Origin: Patescibacteria group bacterium
GTDB lineage: Bacteria; Patescibacteriota; Patescibacteriia; UBA2196
Assembly (NCBI GenBank): GCA_028748975.1
Contig: JAQTPI010000004.1
Span: 14,734-78,733, forward strand
Reading direction: 5' to 3'
Length of the DNA stretch: 64,000 bases
The translations under genes were made by a program, and so were the position numbers. Below, in pieces: positions 10,101 to 19,903 of this stretch (position 1 is its first letter; the number at the start of each line of letters is the position of its first letter). Under the pieces are notes generated by a model, which saw nothing but the letters and a program-made list of their open reading frames with translations, was not told the DNA's origin and made no database searches.

Positions 10101-10308
10101 GGTGGCGACCTTGGGCGCGGGTACAACGCTTTATGAAGATGAGGACGTGGTTACAGTCAGCACCACCAAACCTGCTAACCAGTTCCGTTATTGGTATCGC
10201 GTGCGTTCGCAGGCAAGCAATGGCCAATGGTCTGATTGGTCAGCGGCCGCGCCGGTTGGCGGCGAGTATTCCTATTGTTACCGCGGGCCGAGCTGGGAGG
10301 AGAGGTAA
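4102..10308 (+). CDS. Large surface protein (FN3, Cys-rich, CARDB, PKD-like, DUF2341, LamG-like domains)
   Basis: 2068 aa; N-terminal TM/signal; LPDLVVESV...ESNEDNN (CARDB); DFPVLI...DLRFFD...YEIEKW...WVKVP...YYGNP (DUF2341); TIEAWV...IDEMRLSN (LamG). Confidence 0.85.
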   Translation: MKIKRYKILLVGVILILIAGGFFVIQKSGQEAEAQGLLPLSPPTNVQKNYATTALIDWSWSAPVSGGLPIDYYKVYTGSGGFISDVTGTNYTQPGLNPSTQYSIKVMSCKYGSDPTCTGPYYASTFSSTAYGYTKANTPSNLTVSPSADCLADNYGASGECQLTWSWSANDNSAGTNYYYSTDEGAGAWTTSLSYTETISFDSCRTHTAGSTAHTFYVKAKNGEGEETDTTSLSKTEYNVCDWLEDFVLSHIPPYANQFRATWTPSPNIEIRAALNGGNFQTITNNGTFMAGPDGVWANARNWVDFQWHYVGEAWPPNIIITKEIKALLPQVASVSCSGATTNSLTVTAEGGGLGFPNLFTLLSGVKMSKAVVYGTDDDVGTYSSGYPTSIPLTWTVSNLSPNTSYSFKFISYNQEGTANWETEALTAGSCRTAAAVYPQCGTTTYSPAPPTWTHSSVLVSIPCTEEGGPGCSKSTYTLSRSSNGSGTIVISDIVGNTTECPYNVTNIDKIAPTVNSFTVDDHASDFTSSDTGPVIDWTVADSGGSGLKQVEVWRKTAGGDWILIYTTTDVSGNGPTSGSFTDSVDCLPSHQPYTYGIHVLDNANNIGYENNPIAVTLSNCGGTPTCGSNDNGEGDLLQATCENAPIFGKWNYASDDATGMCWKKDRDDPYLCCGDDSGENWDYFREFFGSFGSYSTDENDNACCNNASDCVFNHTCYDGDANGASFESASCMSGQRYCGGPNVYTWETDADYNFAVCQCLQGSADRWNESGWFGGNQINWSIGGYSQDRCCGDDAGEVFANGVCTTGAALPDLVVESVTPPTGLICMGRSATFSAVIKNTGNASTGAGFANQITLVDTGSCLANSTALTASESKNISCAITPSAAGIKTVMSQADYDDAISESNEDNNGRDTTATIFATPNTPTGLTATGIGATDITWDWDNMSGATSYIILLNGIPVDTVTSSQYIAQDLWGAADYTITVQSYNGCGVSSGAQHTVTRGVSLAGSPGAQTINQGASAIYTITVSSVNGLADTVNLTLSGCPSGATCQLSGSSVILNNNSQGVTLTVSNASVGGPYTLTISGHGVASNKNGATTVDLTVVEANYPSVSIWAIPQTIARGQSSVVSWTSNNASSVDITNIGTGLATSGNQSVAPTVTTTYTATAYGSGGRTATASVTVTVTNPTEIYCGDGVCNGAETCSTCPSDCGICVGGGGDSPSTPTNLSGPSGCTTDTTPSFSFTVSDPDFGDKVGYQIQIDDSATFASPLIDFTWSSLGDTPQNGTFDTPSSCPTPLGGYAVCNTPLPAGNYYWRVRALDNHSNFSSYESGSAFSVAAVCGGGGGVNADFTVCKYSADTFQFLNATEGVTVPTYGWNFDDGTGCAETGCTASIGGTTIGTRIDPAHKFNNNYWAKRIKITFSNGGQAENLVDFPVLIKLNGSRIDYTQTQNSGQDLRFFDADGGTELAYEIEKWNESGDSFVWVKVPQIDASSNSDYIWLYYGNPAATAGANAESVWNSGYAAVYHLKETSGKHYDSTANNNDSENNPNVQTQGSAAGKIDGADDFLKEVNGEGEETSSDSITINDSNSLDLTNALTIEAWVRSDYLENRDRIVSKGSISQTYVLRQEISDTGGSFPGSLHFFGAGVAQARSILTAGTLQYIAATWDGINGDHKPKLFNNGSEVSSYFAQTAKTAPINANTEVLTIGNIDQGWDGIIDEMRLSNVARSAAWLKAQYLSMSDTFNTFSSQESLGYVIDGGKVAGATDELRIMNQELRTTDNGQQTTDNLQQITNKNIFEKIWAGIKTAGKWAVNLFKAKDSEALSATYSVMLSVNDPAGNDTETKVVNLASVPLCEFNLTNVSSLSCGRVDGEWEKFGGFADAGAYTVKRCAGSGCSDFDTVSVTKSCSTSCYFEDIGVEPSTAYSYYISLPTQGVKNSTDNPACDGASAICPLSVTTAVCGVEGSDIVTTRACGKITLIWDEVEGSTIYEVQRAIGASDNTFTTVATLGAGTTLYEDEDVVTVSTTKPANQFRYWYRVRSQASNGQWSDWSAAAPVGGEYSYCYRGPSWEER

Positions 10309-10312
10309 CGAT

Positions 10313-10350
10313 AGCATTAAAGCATTAAAGCATTAAAGCATTAAAGCAAT
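10313..10350. repeat. 8-bp tandem repeat (AGCATTAA)n
   Basis: About 4.5 tandem copies after the stop codon. Confidence 0.85.
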
Positions 10351-10433
10351 AGTTTTTGTAATAAAATTTTTTAGGCGGTTTTTGGCTAATCTTAGCCAAA
10401 AACCGCCTTTTTCGTATATTAAAAGTTATCCAC

Positions 10434-10549
10434 TTGACAAATTTTCAAAAATGCGCTATACTTAAGGTAGCTGAAAGAAGCTAAAAAACAACCAAAAAAC
10501 ATACAAAAAAGCCCGCCTTCATAAACGAAGTCGAGGCAAGGAGGATGTC
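10434..10549 (+). promoter_or_regulatory. Promoter + structured leader + SD cassette, copy 1
   Basis: TTGACA-17-TATACT, TAGCT-GAAAGA-AGCTA hairpin, GCCCGCCTTC...GAAGTCGAGGCAAGGAGG; near-identical to 11173-11285. Confidence 0.85.
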
Positions 10550-11038
10550 ATGAAACAGCTACTTTTTCTCGCGGCAATGATCGTATTTCTGGTCTACGCT
10601 TTCGCGCCGGGACAGACCCAGGAATTGAACAAGAATGGGTTCAGGCTGGAAAAGGACATTTTGGTCGACGGAGTCTTTGAAAATGACTTTGTCGCCACAG
10701 CCTTGTCCTTTTCGGTCCCGGCCAATGTGGACACCGCGATCATTGATCTTCAGGGGCACAGCATTGTGTCCTTGATGCGTCCGCCCGCGTATTCCTACGC
10801 GGCCGGAATCAGCGTGGCCTGCGCCAACGACGAGACCGTGATCATTGTCAAAAATGCCACGGTACGCAATTTTGACGCCGGCTTTGCTTTCCAAGGCGGG
10901 CAGATTATCCTGAACAACGTCACAGTTCAGGGAAATCGCATACCCCTGGTGGCCAACCGCGCCAGCGTCAAAATGACGGCAGTCACCATGCCGGCCAATG
11001 TGGAGATCCACAACGGCGGGCAGGCGCTGCTCCAGTAG
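10550..11038 (+). CDS. Secreted protein, short parallel beta-helix-like
   Basis: Signal peptide; IDLQGHSI...AGISV...IVKNATVRNFDAGF; strong SD. Confidence 0.65.
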   Translation: MKQLLFLAAMIVFLVYAFAPGQTQELNKNGFRLEKDILVDGVFENDFVATALSFSVPANVDTAIIDLQGHSIVSLMRPPAYSYAAGISVACANDETVIIVKNATVRNFDAGFAFQGGQIILNNVTVQGNRIPLVANRASVKMTAVTMPANVEIHNGGQALLQ

Positions 11039-11057
11039 CGGCCAAGCCAAACAAGTG

Positions 11058-11093
11058 CCGGTCCGATGATTACATCTCGGACCGGTTTTTTTA
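11058..11093 (+). terminator. Intrinsic terminator
   Basis: CCGGTCCGA...TCGGACCGG followed by a T run. Confidence 0.8.
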
Positions 11094-11172
11094 TTTGAAT
11101 ATAATATTAAGAGACGATTTGATGTTTATCTAACCACCTATTTATACCCTAAAATTATTTATTTTTTAGCCC

Positions 11173-11285
11173 TTGACAAGTTTCCAAAAATGCGCTATAC
11201 TTACGATAGCTGAAAGAAGCTAAAAAACATACATAAACCAAAAAGCCCGCCTTCGTAAACGAAGTCGAGGCAAGGAGGAAAGACC
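11173..11285 (+). promoter_or_regulatory. Promoter + structured leader + SD cassette, copy 2
   Basis: TTGACA-17-TATACT with the same leader hairpins and SD as 10434-10549. Confidence 0.85.
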
Positions 11286-11888
11286 ATGAAAAAGTCTTTG
11301 ATCGCAATCGTAGCGGTTGCAACTTTATTCTGCAGCTGCGTGGTGGCACAGGCAAAAGAAGCGACCAGCTACCATCACCTGGAAGGCACCAGTGAGATCG
11401 GTTTTTATGTGGTGCCGCTAACCGACAATATTTTTGACCTGATCGGATCGAACCTGGAGAGTGCCAGGGTTTGGGACAGTGGCCAGCAGAAGTATGTGGA
11501 GCTGGACACCACGGGGTTGAAATATTACGCCCGCCACGGCGCCGGATTTATCATCAAGGTGAAAAATCCACAGGAGCTGGAAGTGGTGGGCGAACCGGTT
11601 TCCACCAGCGACATCAAATTACTGACGGGCTGGAATTTCGTCACCAACACCACGGGAAGCTTTTACAATTATTTGGAAAAAGATTGTAAAGTGATCGCGC
11701 TGTGGATTTATACCGACGACGGGTACAAACCAGTCTCCGTGCAAGATTTTGAACTGGGAGACGGGACTCCGTTCTGGGTTTGTGCCCGGAAACCAGGGAA
11801 TCTCAAGCTGAAAAATTCTCAAAAAGAACCGGACATAACCACGGTTTTTACGAGGAATTTGACAGCTACCCCGCCGCCGATTCAATAA
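11286..11888 (+). CDS. Secreted hypothetical protein (LxxGWN motif)
   Basis: 200 aa; signal peptide ending AQA; IKLLTGWNFV. Confidence 0.7.
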   Translation: MKKSLIAIVAVATLFCSCVVAQAKEATSYHHLEGTSEIGFYVVPLTDNIFDLIGSNLESARVWDSGQQKYVELDTTGLKYYARHGAGFIIKVKNPQELEVVGEPVSTSDIKLLTGWNFVTNTTGSFYNYLEKDCKVIALWIYTDDGYKPVSVQDFELGDGTPFWVCARKPGNLKLKNSQKEPDITTVFTRNLTATPPPIQ

Positions 11889-11905
11889 CAAGCCTTCTTC
11901 GGCAA

Positions 11906-11933
11906 GCCTCGACATTGTGTCGAGGTTTTTTTA
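11906..11933 (+). terminator. Intrinsic terminator
   Basis: CCTCGACA-TTG-TGTCGAGG followed by a T run. Confidence 0.8.
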
Positions 11934-12049
11934 TTTGGGCCTAGCGGCCTCCTACGAATGTACGAATTCTACCAAGATACTAATAATAAAAAACGAAATG
12001 ACAAAATGATTTTATTTCCCTATATCCTTATTTCTTTATTTTCTGTTCC

Positions 12050-12093
12050 CCTTATTACTTATTACTTATTACTTATTACTAGTTACTTATTAC
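12050..12093. repeat. 7-bp tandem repeat (TTATTAC)n
   Basis: About 6 imperfect copies; the complement AGTAATA recurs near 20150, 28980, 38160 and 42610. Confidence 0.8.
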
Positions 12094-12153
12094 CCGCTTC
12101 TAATGTTTTTATGCTTTAATGTTTTAATGTTTTTATGGTATAATAAAATAGAT

Positions 12154-14043
12154 ATGCACCACAGAAAAATCTTACTGACTTTTCTGTTTTTAGCCGTTCT
12201 GATGATTGGCGGATTTTTGGCGTCAACAAAAGCGGCCTGGGCCGGCACTGGTAAAATCGTGGGCGATAAATATAACCTGCCCTATCCGCGCATCGGCGTG
12301 TTTCTTTGGGCCGGCACCACGGAATGGTTCGCGCAAAAAGGAATTGATTTGGTGGCGGCGAGCCCGGGCGTGGACATTGAGGGAGTAAAAAAATTAAGTC
12401 CGAAAGTTTTAGTCAGCCACACCAATGACATCAATAAATTATGCGGCGACGATCGGCCGGAAGAATGGTATTATCATGACGCCGATGGCAATCGTGTTTC
12501 CTACTGGGGCGGCTATCTTTGTAATTTTAATTATCAGCCTTTCCGTGAATTCGTCGGCAATACTTTTGCCGGCATGGTGGGCGGCGCCGATTTCGTCACC
12601 ACCGATGGGCTGTGGACCATGCCTGGCCGGGCAGAAATTTTACAGACGGTTCGAAGCCGGATTGGCGACACGCCTTTTATGGTCAATGGCAATGGCGGCT
12701 ATGAACAAGATAAAAGCATGTATGAATATTACAATGGCAGTTTTTTGGAAGATGGCGGCAATTTCAACAGCAATTGGGATTCAGCTTTTGGCACCTATGA
12801 AGACATGATGAATTATGCCCGCCAGCCGCACATCATCGTCATTGACGGCACCCCGACCAACTGGAGCTTGCCCAACATGACTGATGATTTCAAATTGATG
12901 CGCTTTGGCCTTGGCACGACGCTTCTTGGCGACGGCTATTTTTCTTACGAAGTCGGAATTAATAATCATTTTTATATCGGCTATTTTGACGAGTATGATT
13001 TGGATTTGGGCTATCCCAAAGGCGCGCCGCAGTGCATCAAAAACGAAGGCCGCTGGGGTTATGAAAAACGCTGCGTTTTCGTGAGGTTTTTTGACAAGGG
13101 CGTTTCCATTTTGAATGTCAAAGGCAAATCCGAATCAATCAGTGATAATGATTTAAAAAGCTTGCCCGGTTATGCTGGCCCGTATTATCGCTTTCGGGGC
13201 GGGCAGGACACGGTTTGGAATAATGGACAGCTTTTTACCAGTTTGAATTTGGACGGCCAGAAAGAATTAACCAACGAGCAGTACGAGCATTATAAAATTT
13301 GGGGTGACGCCATCATTCTTTTAAAAGAACCGAAAGTGGTGGTGGCGGACATTATTATTGATGACCACCCGCTGGTCACCTCGCCGGCTAACAAACAAAC
13401 AGAACTGAAAGGTGCGGCCTGGGAAATTGTCAAACCCGGTAAAGGCGATAAGTTTTGGCGGCTTTATAGTTCGGAATTGGGAGAAAGTCCGGCATCTTAC
13501 GGCGCGATTTCCGCCAGTAAAAACGCGGAAGCAATTTTTCGGCCAAAGATTGGCGTGCCGGGCCGCTACCGCGTCTCTGAATGGCATGGCAATGATTATG
13601 CCGAGAGTGAAACAACCAGCGCCATTTATGAAATAAATTATAAAGGCGGAGTTAAAGTTGAATCAATTAACCAATCCCAAAGTTATGGCCAATGGAATTT
13701 TTTAGGCGAGTTTTATTTCACAGAGGGAGACAGCGGCTATGTCAAATTGAATAATAATGGCCAAGGAGTTTTGGTAGCGGACGCGGTGAAATTTGAATAT
13801 CAAGACGCGGTGTTGATGGCTGACTTTAACTGTGACGGGCAGATTAATATCGCTGATTTCGGAATTTTATTGTCGCACTGGGGGCAAAAAGAAAATAACG
13901 GTTCGCTGAAAAAATACAAACATCCCCTGTGTCAGGAAGCAAAAAGTTTGGATTTAGTGTTAGATAATACAATTAACATCAAAGATTTGGGCGCCCTGCT
14001 TTCCTGCTGGGGCAATCCGGATAATGAGACGTGTTATCAGTAA
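12154..14043 (+). CDS. Secreted putative glycoside hydrolase (TIM-barrel) with golvesin/CBM-like domain and dockerin-like C-terminus
   Basis: Signal peptide; MRFGLGTTLLGDGYFSY...YFDEYDLDLGYP; PGRYRVSEW...ADAVKF; ADFNCDGQINIADFGILLSHWG; start chosen just after TATAAT. Confidence 0.7.
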   Translation: MHHRKILLTFLFLAVLMIGGFLASTKAAWAGTGKIVGDKYNLPYPRIGVFLWAGTTEWFAQKGIDLVAASPGVDIEGVKKLSPKVLVSHTNDINKLCGDDRPEEWYYHDADGNRVSYWGGYLCNFNYQPFREFVGNTFAGMVGGADFVTTDGLWTMPGRAEILQTVRSRIGDTPFMVNGNGGYEQDKSMYEYYNGSFLEDGGNFNSNWDSAFGTYEDMMNYARQPHIIVIDGTPTNWSLPNMTDDFKLMRFGLGTTLLGDGYFSYEVGINNHFYIGYFDEYDLDLGYPKGAPQCIKNEGRWGYEKRCVFVRFFDKGVSILNVKGKSESISDNDLKSLPGYAGPYYRFRGGQDTVWNNGQLFTSLNLDGQKELTNEQYEHYKIWGDAIILLKEPKVVVADIIIDDHPLVTSPANKQTELKGAAWEIVKPGKGDKFWRLYSSELGESPASYGAISASKNAEAIFRPKIGVPGRYRVSEWHGNDYAESETTSAIYEINYKGGVKVESINQSQSYGQWNFLGEFYFTEGDSGYVKLNNNGQGVLVADAVKFEYQDAVLMADFNCDGQINIADFGILLSHWGQKENNGSLKKYKHPLCQEAKSLDLVLDNTINIKDLGALLSCWGNPDNETCYQ

Positions 14044-14118
14044 GCATTAAAGCAATAAAGCATTAAAGCAATAAAGCAATAAAGCAATAAAGCAATAAAG
14101 CAATAAAGCAATAAAGCA
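14043..14118. repeat. 8-bp tandem repeat (AAAGCAAT/AAAGCATT)n
   Basis: About 9 copies filling the intergenic space. Confidence 0.9.
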
Positions 14119-14128
14119 AACAGAAACC

Positions 14129-16216
14129 ATGAAAGAAAAATCTGAAAATAAAACATTATCTATTGCCTTTGGAATAATTTTGGGCGTGCTTTTATTTTTC
14201 TTTGGCAAGCTGTGTCTGGCCGCTGTTTTTCCCGGCATTGATTTGCCGACTTTTGAAGAAAGGAGAGCGGCTTACATTAAAGACCAGGGGCAAAGCGTCA
14301 GCGGCGATTTTCCCTACTCCATGAGAATACCGCTTTTTGCCTGGCTGGAAACACCAGAGCAAAACAAAGGACGAATTAGCGAGGAAATTGGATACATGAC
14401 CAGTATGGGCGATGATTGCAGTAGTGGACAGCAAGATTGGAGCAATTGCTGGTGGACCGGCGACCACCCCAACACCATTGTCGCCAGTTATGTTTATTAC
14501 AAATATTATCAGGATAAAAAAGTTATTTATGATTCAGACGCGGCCAGAATCAGAGAAAAATTATTTTCCATCGCCGAAATGGGCACCAAAAAGGACTTGG
14601 CCAAAACTTTTTGGGGCTGCGACGGCAATTATTTTTATCGTTATTTTGTGACTGGATATCTTTACGCCGTCAGAATTGGCGGGCTGGGCAAGGCGTATTT
14701 TGATAACGTGCCAACCTGTGCCAATAAGTTCACTTACCAGGGCCGAAAATACACTAGTGGAAATTATTACGAGGCAAAACAATTTTATAGCGATTATCTG
14801 GGGTACACCATGGATTCCTTGCTGAAAAGTGGAGACAACGAGGATTTTGGCAATTACTATTATTCCCAAATTCAATCCATTGCTGCTGTTTATGATTTTA
14901 GTCCGGACGCGCAACTGAAAAGAAAGGCGAAAATGCTCTTGGATTGGCTGAACTTCACTTATGCTGTCGGTTTTAGCGTCGGACATTTTGCCGACGGCCA
15001 TGGCCGCACCTATTTTGAATATCACGGGCGAGTGATGGATAATTTTCCTTTTTCCACTTTTTTCTATCTTGATAAACACCTGGCCGAACAGCTGCAAATG
15101 TGGTCCAATTCCCAAGAATTTTATATTTCCGCTTACCGCTATCCGGAGGTGATGAGAAAAATTTTTGAAAAAATAAACGGTCCGAATATGTCGGAAACCG
15201 ACGGTGATTATTATCGGATTGTGCGCGGCAACGATCCGCGGCTGGGCTGTGAAAAAACAGATCGGGGAGAGAAATGCTATCGCTATGAATATGTGACGCC
15301 GTATTATAATCTGGGCGGTTCTGGTTTGGGCACGGGCTGGGAGTTGAATATCAAAAGCGAGACATTGCCGTTTCGGGTTTGGATAAATTCTTGCAACAAG
15401 GTTTATGAAAGAGGCTGCAACGGGCAGCTGACTTGGGGCTGGAGCGAACTGTTTAGAACAGGAGCTTTGGGTTACCAATATAAAAACGCCATTTTCTATT
15501 ATGGCGGCGGTAACATCCAGCAAGAGATTGGCAACGGTTCTTGGTCAGAGACGGCGGAATATGATTATAAAGATGGCTGGGGGGATGAAAGAAAGTGGCA
15601 GTTTTTTAGAAAAGAAGGCGTGGCTGTGGCGGCGGAAGTCAGAGGCAATGGCCCTTCGGCGCTGGAAGTGGTAAAACTGGGCGTGGATTATCCGGATTTC
15701 AACTCTTTCATTGGGGCGGTGAAGAGAAATTCTAAATTAAGCTGGGATGGTTTTACCACCAGTAAGGGCTTCACCATTACCAAAGGATTTGTTGATTATG
15801 GTTCGGAATATACCAAATTGCCTTTTGACCGGCTGGAAGTTTGGGAGGGACATGTTAATAAAAATGATGAGAAAAAAATTGTTGATTGGAATAACAATGT
15901 GATGACAGTGACACAAGGCAATTTAACGTGCAAATATAATTTTAACAGCTGGACTTTTTCTGGTAATGGCTGCGCGGGCCAGGGCGCCGCTTACAAGGCC
16001 GATTTCAACTGCGACGGGGTGATAAATATTTCCGATTTTGGAATTTTGCTGTCGCACTGGGGGCAGACGGAGAAAATTAAAGAGTATCAAAACGCCCAGT
16101 GCGGCGTGGCAAGAAGCTTGGATTTGGCGGCGAATAATCGAATTGACACCAGTGATTTAAGCGCCTTGCTTTCCTGTTGGGGCACGCCGGAGGAGGAAGT
16201 GTGCATGGAGAAGTGA
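14129..16216 (+). CDS. Secreted protein (possible polysaccharide lyase/heparinase-like) with dockerin-like C-terminus
   Basis: 695 aa; N-terminal hydrophobic segment; LKRKAKMLLDW...GHGRTY; C-terminus paralogous to that of 12154-14043; enzyme class is a guess. Confidence 0.6.
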   Translation: MKEKSENKTLSIAFGIILGVLLFFFGKLCLAAVFPGIDLPTFEERRAAYIKDQGQSVSGDFPYSMRIPLFAWLETPEQNKGRISEEIGYMTSMGDDCSSGQQDWSNCWWTGDHPNTIVASYVYYKYYQDKKVIYDSDAARIREKLFSIAEMGTKKDLAKTFWGCDGNYFYRYFVTGYLYAVRIGGLGKAYFDNVPTCANKFTYQGRKYTSGNYYEAKQFYSDYLGYTMDSLLKSGDNEDFGNYYYSQIQSIAAVYDFSPDAQLKRKAKMLLDWLNFTYAVGFSVGHFADGHGRTYFEYHGRVMDNFPFSTFFYLDKHLAEQLQMWSNSQEFYISAYRYPEVMRKIFEKINGPNMSETDGDYYRIVRGNDPRLGCEKTDRGEKCYRYEYVTPYYNLGGSGLGTGWELNIKSETLPFRVWINSCNKVYERGCNGQLTWGWSELFRTGALGYQYKNAIFYYGGGNIQQEIGNGSWSETAEYDYKDGWGDERKWQFFRKEGVAVAAEVRGNGPSALEVVKLGVDYPDFNSFIGAVKRNSKLSWDGFTTSKGFTITKGFVDYGSEYTKLPFDRLEVWEGHVNKNDEKKIVDWNNNVMTVTQGNLTCKYNFNSWTFSGNGCAGQGAAYKADFNCDGVINISDFGILLSHWGQTEKIKEYQNAQCGVARSLDLAANNRIDTSDLSALLSCWGTPEEEVCMEK

Positions 16217-16228
16217 GGGAGACAAAGC

Positions 16229-16263
16229 CTGCCCTGAGCGACCATAGGGAGTCGAAGGGCTCC
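16229..16263. repeat. REP-like repeat, left flank of GIY-YIG gene
   Basis: CCCTGAGCGA...GAGTCGAAGGG. Confidence 0.7.
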
Positions 16264-16291
16264 GTTCAAACCCGGGAAGACAATATTAAAT

Positions 16292-16603
16292 ATGAAAAAA
16301 ATAATTGAATATTTTGTTTATATTTTAACTAATAACAAAAAATCAATGTTTTATGTCGGCCAATCAAATAATTTAATTCGTCGGACATGGCAACATAAAC
16401 ACAAACTCATTAATGGTTTTACTAAAAAATATAATCTTGATAAACTTGTTTATTATGAAATTTATGTGACGTTAGAGCAAGCACTAAAGAGGGAAAAACA
16501 ACTTAAGGGTTGGACAAAAGTAAAAAAGATAAATTTAATTAAAAAAATAAATCCCGAACTAAAAGATTTTTCCGATGATTGGTGGCATAAAAATTTGATG
16601 TAG
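16292..16603 (+). CDS. GIY-YIG nuclease family protein (UPF0213-like)
   Basis: YFVYIL...FYVGQSNNLIRR..QHK...GFTKKY...LVYYE...ALKREKQLKGW. Confidence 0.9.
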   Translation: MKKIIEYFVYILTNNKKSMFYVGQSNNLIRRTWQHKHKLINGFTKKYNLDKLVYYEIYVTLEQALKREKQLKGWTKVKKINLIKKINPELKDFSDDWWHKNLM

Positions 16604-16623
16604 ATTATACTATAAAATCATGT

Positions 16624-16672
16624 GATCCTTCGACTTCAGCCCCGCTGTTGCGGGGCTTTCGCTCAGGATAGA
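16624..16672. repeat. REP-like repeat, right flank (inverted) of GIY-YIG gene
   Basis: GATCCTTCGACT-[AGCCCCGC hairpin]-TCGCTCAGGAT. Confidence 0.75.
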
Positions 16673-16676
16673 CTAA

Positions 16677-18731
<2,055 letters not shown>

Positions 18732-18760
18732 TAAATAATTAATTAAATATTTTATTAAAC

Positions 18761-18808
18761 TATTAATATCCACATCAGTCACGATCGTGACTGATGTGGA
18801 TATTAATA
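18761..18808. repeat. Perfect 48-bp palindrome, core TCACGATCGTGA
   Basis: TATTAATATCCACATCAGTCACGA|TCGTGACTGATGTGGATATTAATA. Confidence 0.9.
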
Positions 18809-18816
18809 AAAACCAT

Positions 18817-19347
18817 ATGCCAAGTAAATTATCAAAATTTTCTAAGATTTGTTTAGAGTCTTTTATTGATCTAAGTAATTTTGTAATCAGTAGTCCAATC
18901 AGTTATATTAATATTCGCAAGTTTCTTTATGGCGGCGCACCCGATGATTTTTATAAGACGTTTTATAATTTAGAAAAAGGTCATTATTTAACTACCAAAA
19001 AAAGAAATGGTCAGAAATTTTATTATTTAACTAAAAAAGGTAAAAAAATTACAACAGAGTTGCTAGTAAAATATAAGATCAAAAAACAAAAATGGGATGG
19101 CCAGTGGCGTATCTTGATTTTTGATATTCCCGAAAATAAGCGTCGTTTCCGAGATAATATGCGCCAAAGTTTATTGAATCTTGGTTTTATCAAACTCCAA
19201 AAGAGCGTCTGGATTACTCCCTATGATATTATTGATGATTTATATGAAATTATCCCTGGTTTTCGGGAAGGCGATTGGTTTGAATATGTTGAAGCCAAGC
19301 ATATTAGCAGTAAAAAGAAATTGAAAGAATATTTTAGATTGAAGTGA
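18817..19347 (+). CDS. PaaX-family protein (winged helix + Cas2-like domain)
   Basis: YYLTKKG...KWDGQWRILIFDIPE..RRFRD..R..L..LGF..LQKSVWITP. Confidence 0.85.
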   Translation: MPSKLSKFSKICLESFIDLSNFVISSPISYINIRKFLYGGAPDDFYKTFYNLEKGHYLTTKKRNGQKFYYLTKKGKKITTELLVKYKIKKQKWDGQWRILIFDIPENKRRFRDNMRQSLLNLGFIKLQKSVWITPYDIIDDLYEIIPGFREGDWFEYVEAKHISSKKKLKEYFRLK

Positions 19348-19367
19348 TTTTTATTTAATAAAATTAT

Positions 19368-19407
19368 TACTCGTACAATTCTCACGATCGTGAGAATTGT
19401 ACGAGTA
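19368..19407. repeat. Perfect 40-bp palindrome, core TCACGATCGTGA
   Basis: TACTCGTACAATTCTCACGA|TCGTGAGAATTGTACGAGTA. Confidence 0.9.
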
Positions 19408-19539
19408 CGAGTTGGAGGACATGGTTTTTAATAGTAATTATTAATTTTAAAAAAATGATAAATAAAAAACGGTTAATTGAAAATGATGTTGAAATTCAAT
19501 TAACCGTTTATTGAGAATCACCAAAAAATTGGTGATGAG

Positions 19540-19612
19540 AGTCGGCGGAGGGATTCGAACCCCCGAACACGGATTTGCAATCCGTGTCCTTAAACCACTC
19601 GGACACGCCGAC
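19540..19612 (-). tRNA. tRNA-Cys(GCA)
   Basis: Cloverleaf folded by hand: GTCGGCG/CGCCGAC stem, ACGGA-TTGCAAA-TCCGT, TTCGAAT, U73. Confidence 0.85.
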
Positions 19613-19623
19613 AACTCTGTCAG

Positions 19624-19698
19624 TACGCCCGGAAGGATTCGAACCTTCAACCCTTCCCCACAAGAGCGGGGTGCTCTATCCAATTGAGCTACGGGCGC
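19624..19698 (-). tRNA. Atypical tRNA, Arg-like body, aberrant anticodon loop
   Basis: GCGCCCGTAGCTCAATTGGATAGAGC...GAAGGTTCGAATCCTTCCGGGCGT; anticodon arm CCCCG-CTCTTG-TGGGG (6-nt loop, or CTT in a mispaired stem). Confidence 0.65.
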
Positions 19699-19731
19699 GC
19701 TGCCATGAAATGAATTCGTCACGGCTAGCTT

Positions 19732-19808
19732 TGGCGCCACCTACGGGTTTTGAACCCGTATTCCCCGGATCAATAATCCGAAGTCTTAACCAATTAGATG
19801 AAAGCGGC
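19732..19808 (-). tRNA. Atypical tRNA, Glu-like body, anticodon ATT, encoded CCA
   Basis: GCCGCTT/AGGTGGC stem, TCGGA-TTATTGA-TCCGG, T loop TTCAAAA. Confidence 0.6.
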
Positions 19809-19827
19809 TCTGCTGAAATAATTTTGT

Positions 19828-19898
19828 AGCGGGCGAGGGACTCGGACCCCAACCTTCGGTGTATCAGACCGAAACTCTGCCAATTGAGCTACGCCCGC
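19828..19898 (-). tRNA. Atypical/degenerate tRNA, anticodon GAT
   Basis: GCGGGCG/CGCCCGC stem, TCGGT-CTGATAC-ACCGA, shortened T stem with TCCGAGT loop. Confidence 0.55.
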
Positions 19899-19903
19899 AG
19901 TTT

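Noticed and set aside
14561-15523. 320-aa antisense ORF
   Set aside because: It lies wholly opposite a credible 695-aa gene and has no recognisable motifs.
18817-19407. CRISPR-Cas locus suggested by the Cas2-like domain
   Set aside because: No cas1 or effector genes, and no repeat-spacer array anywhere in the window.
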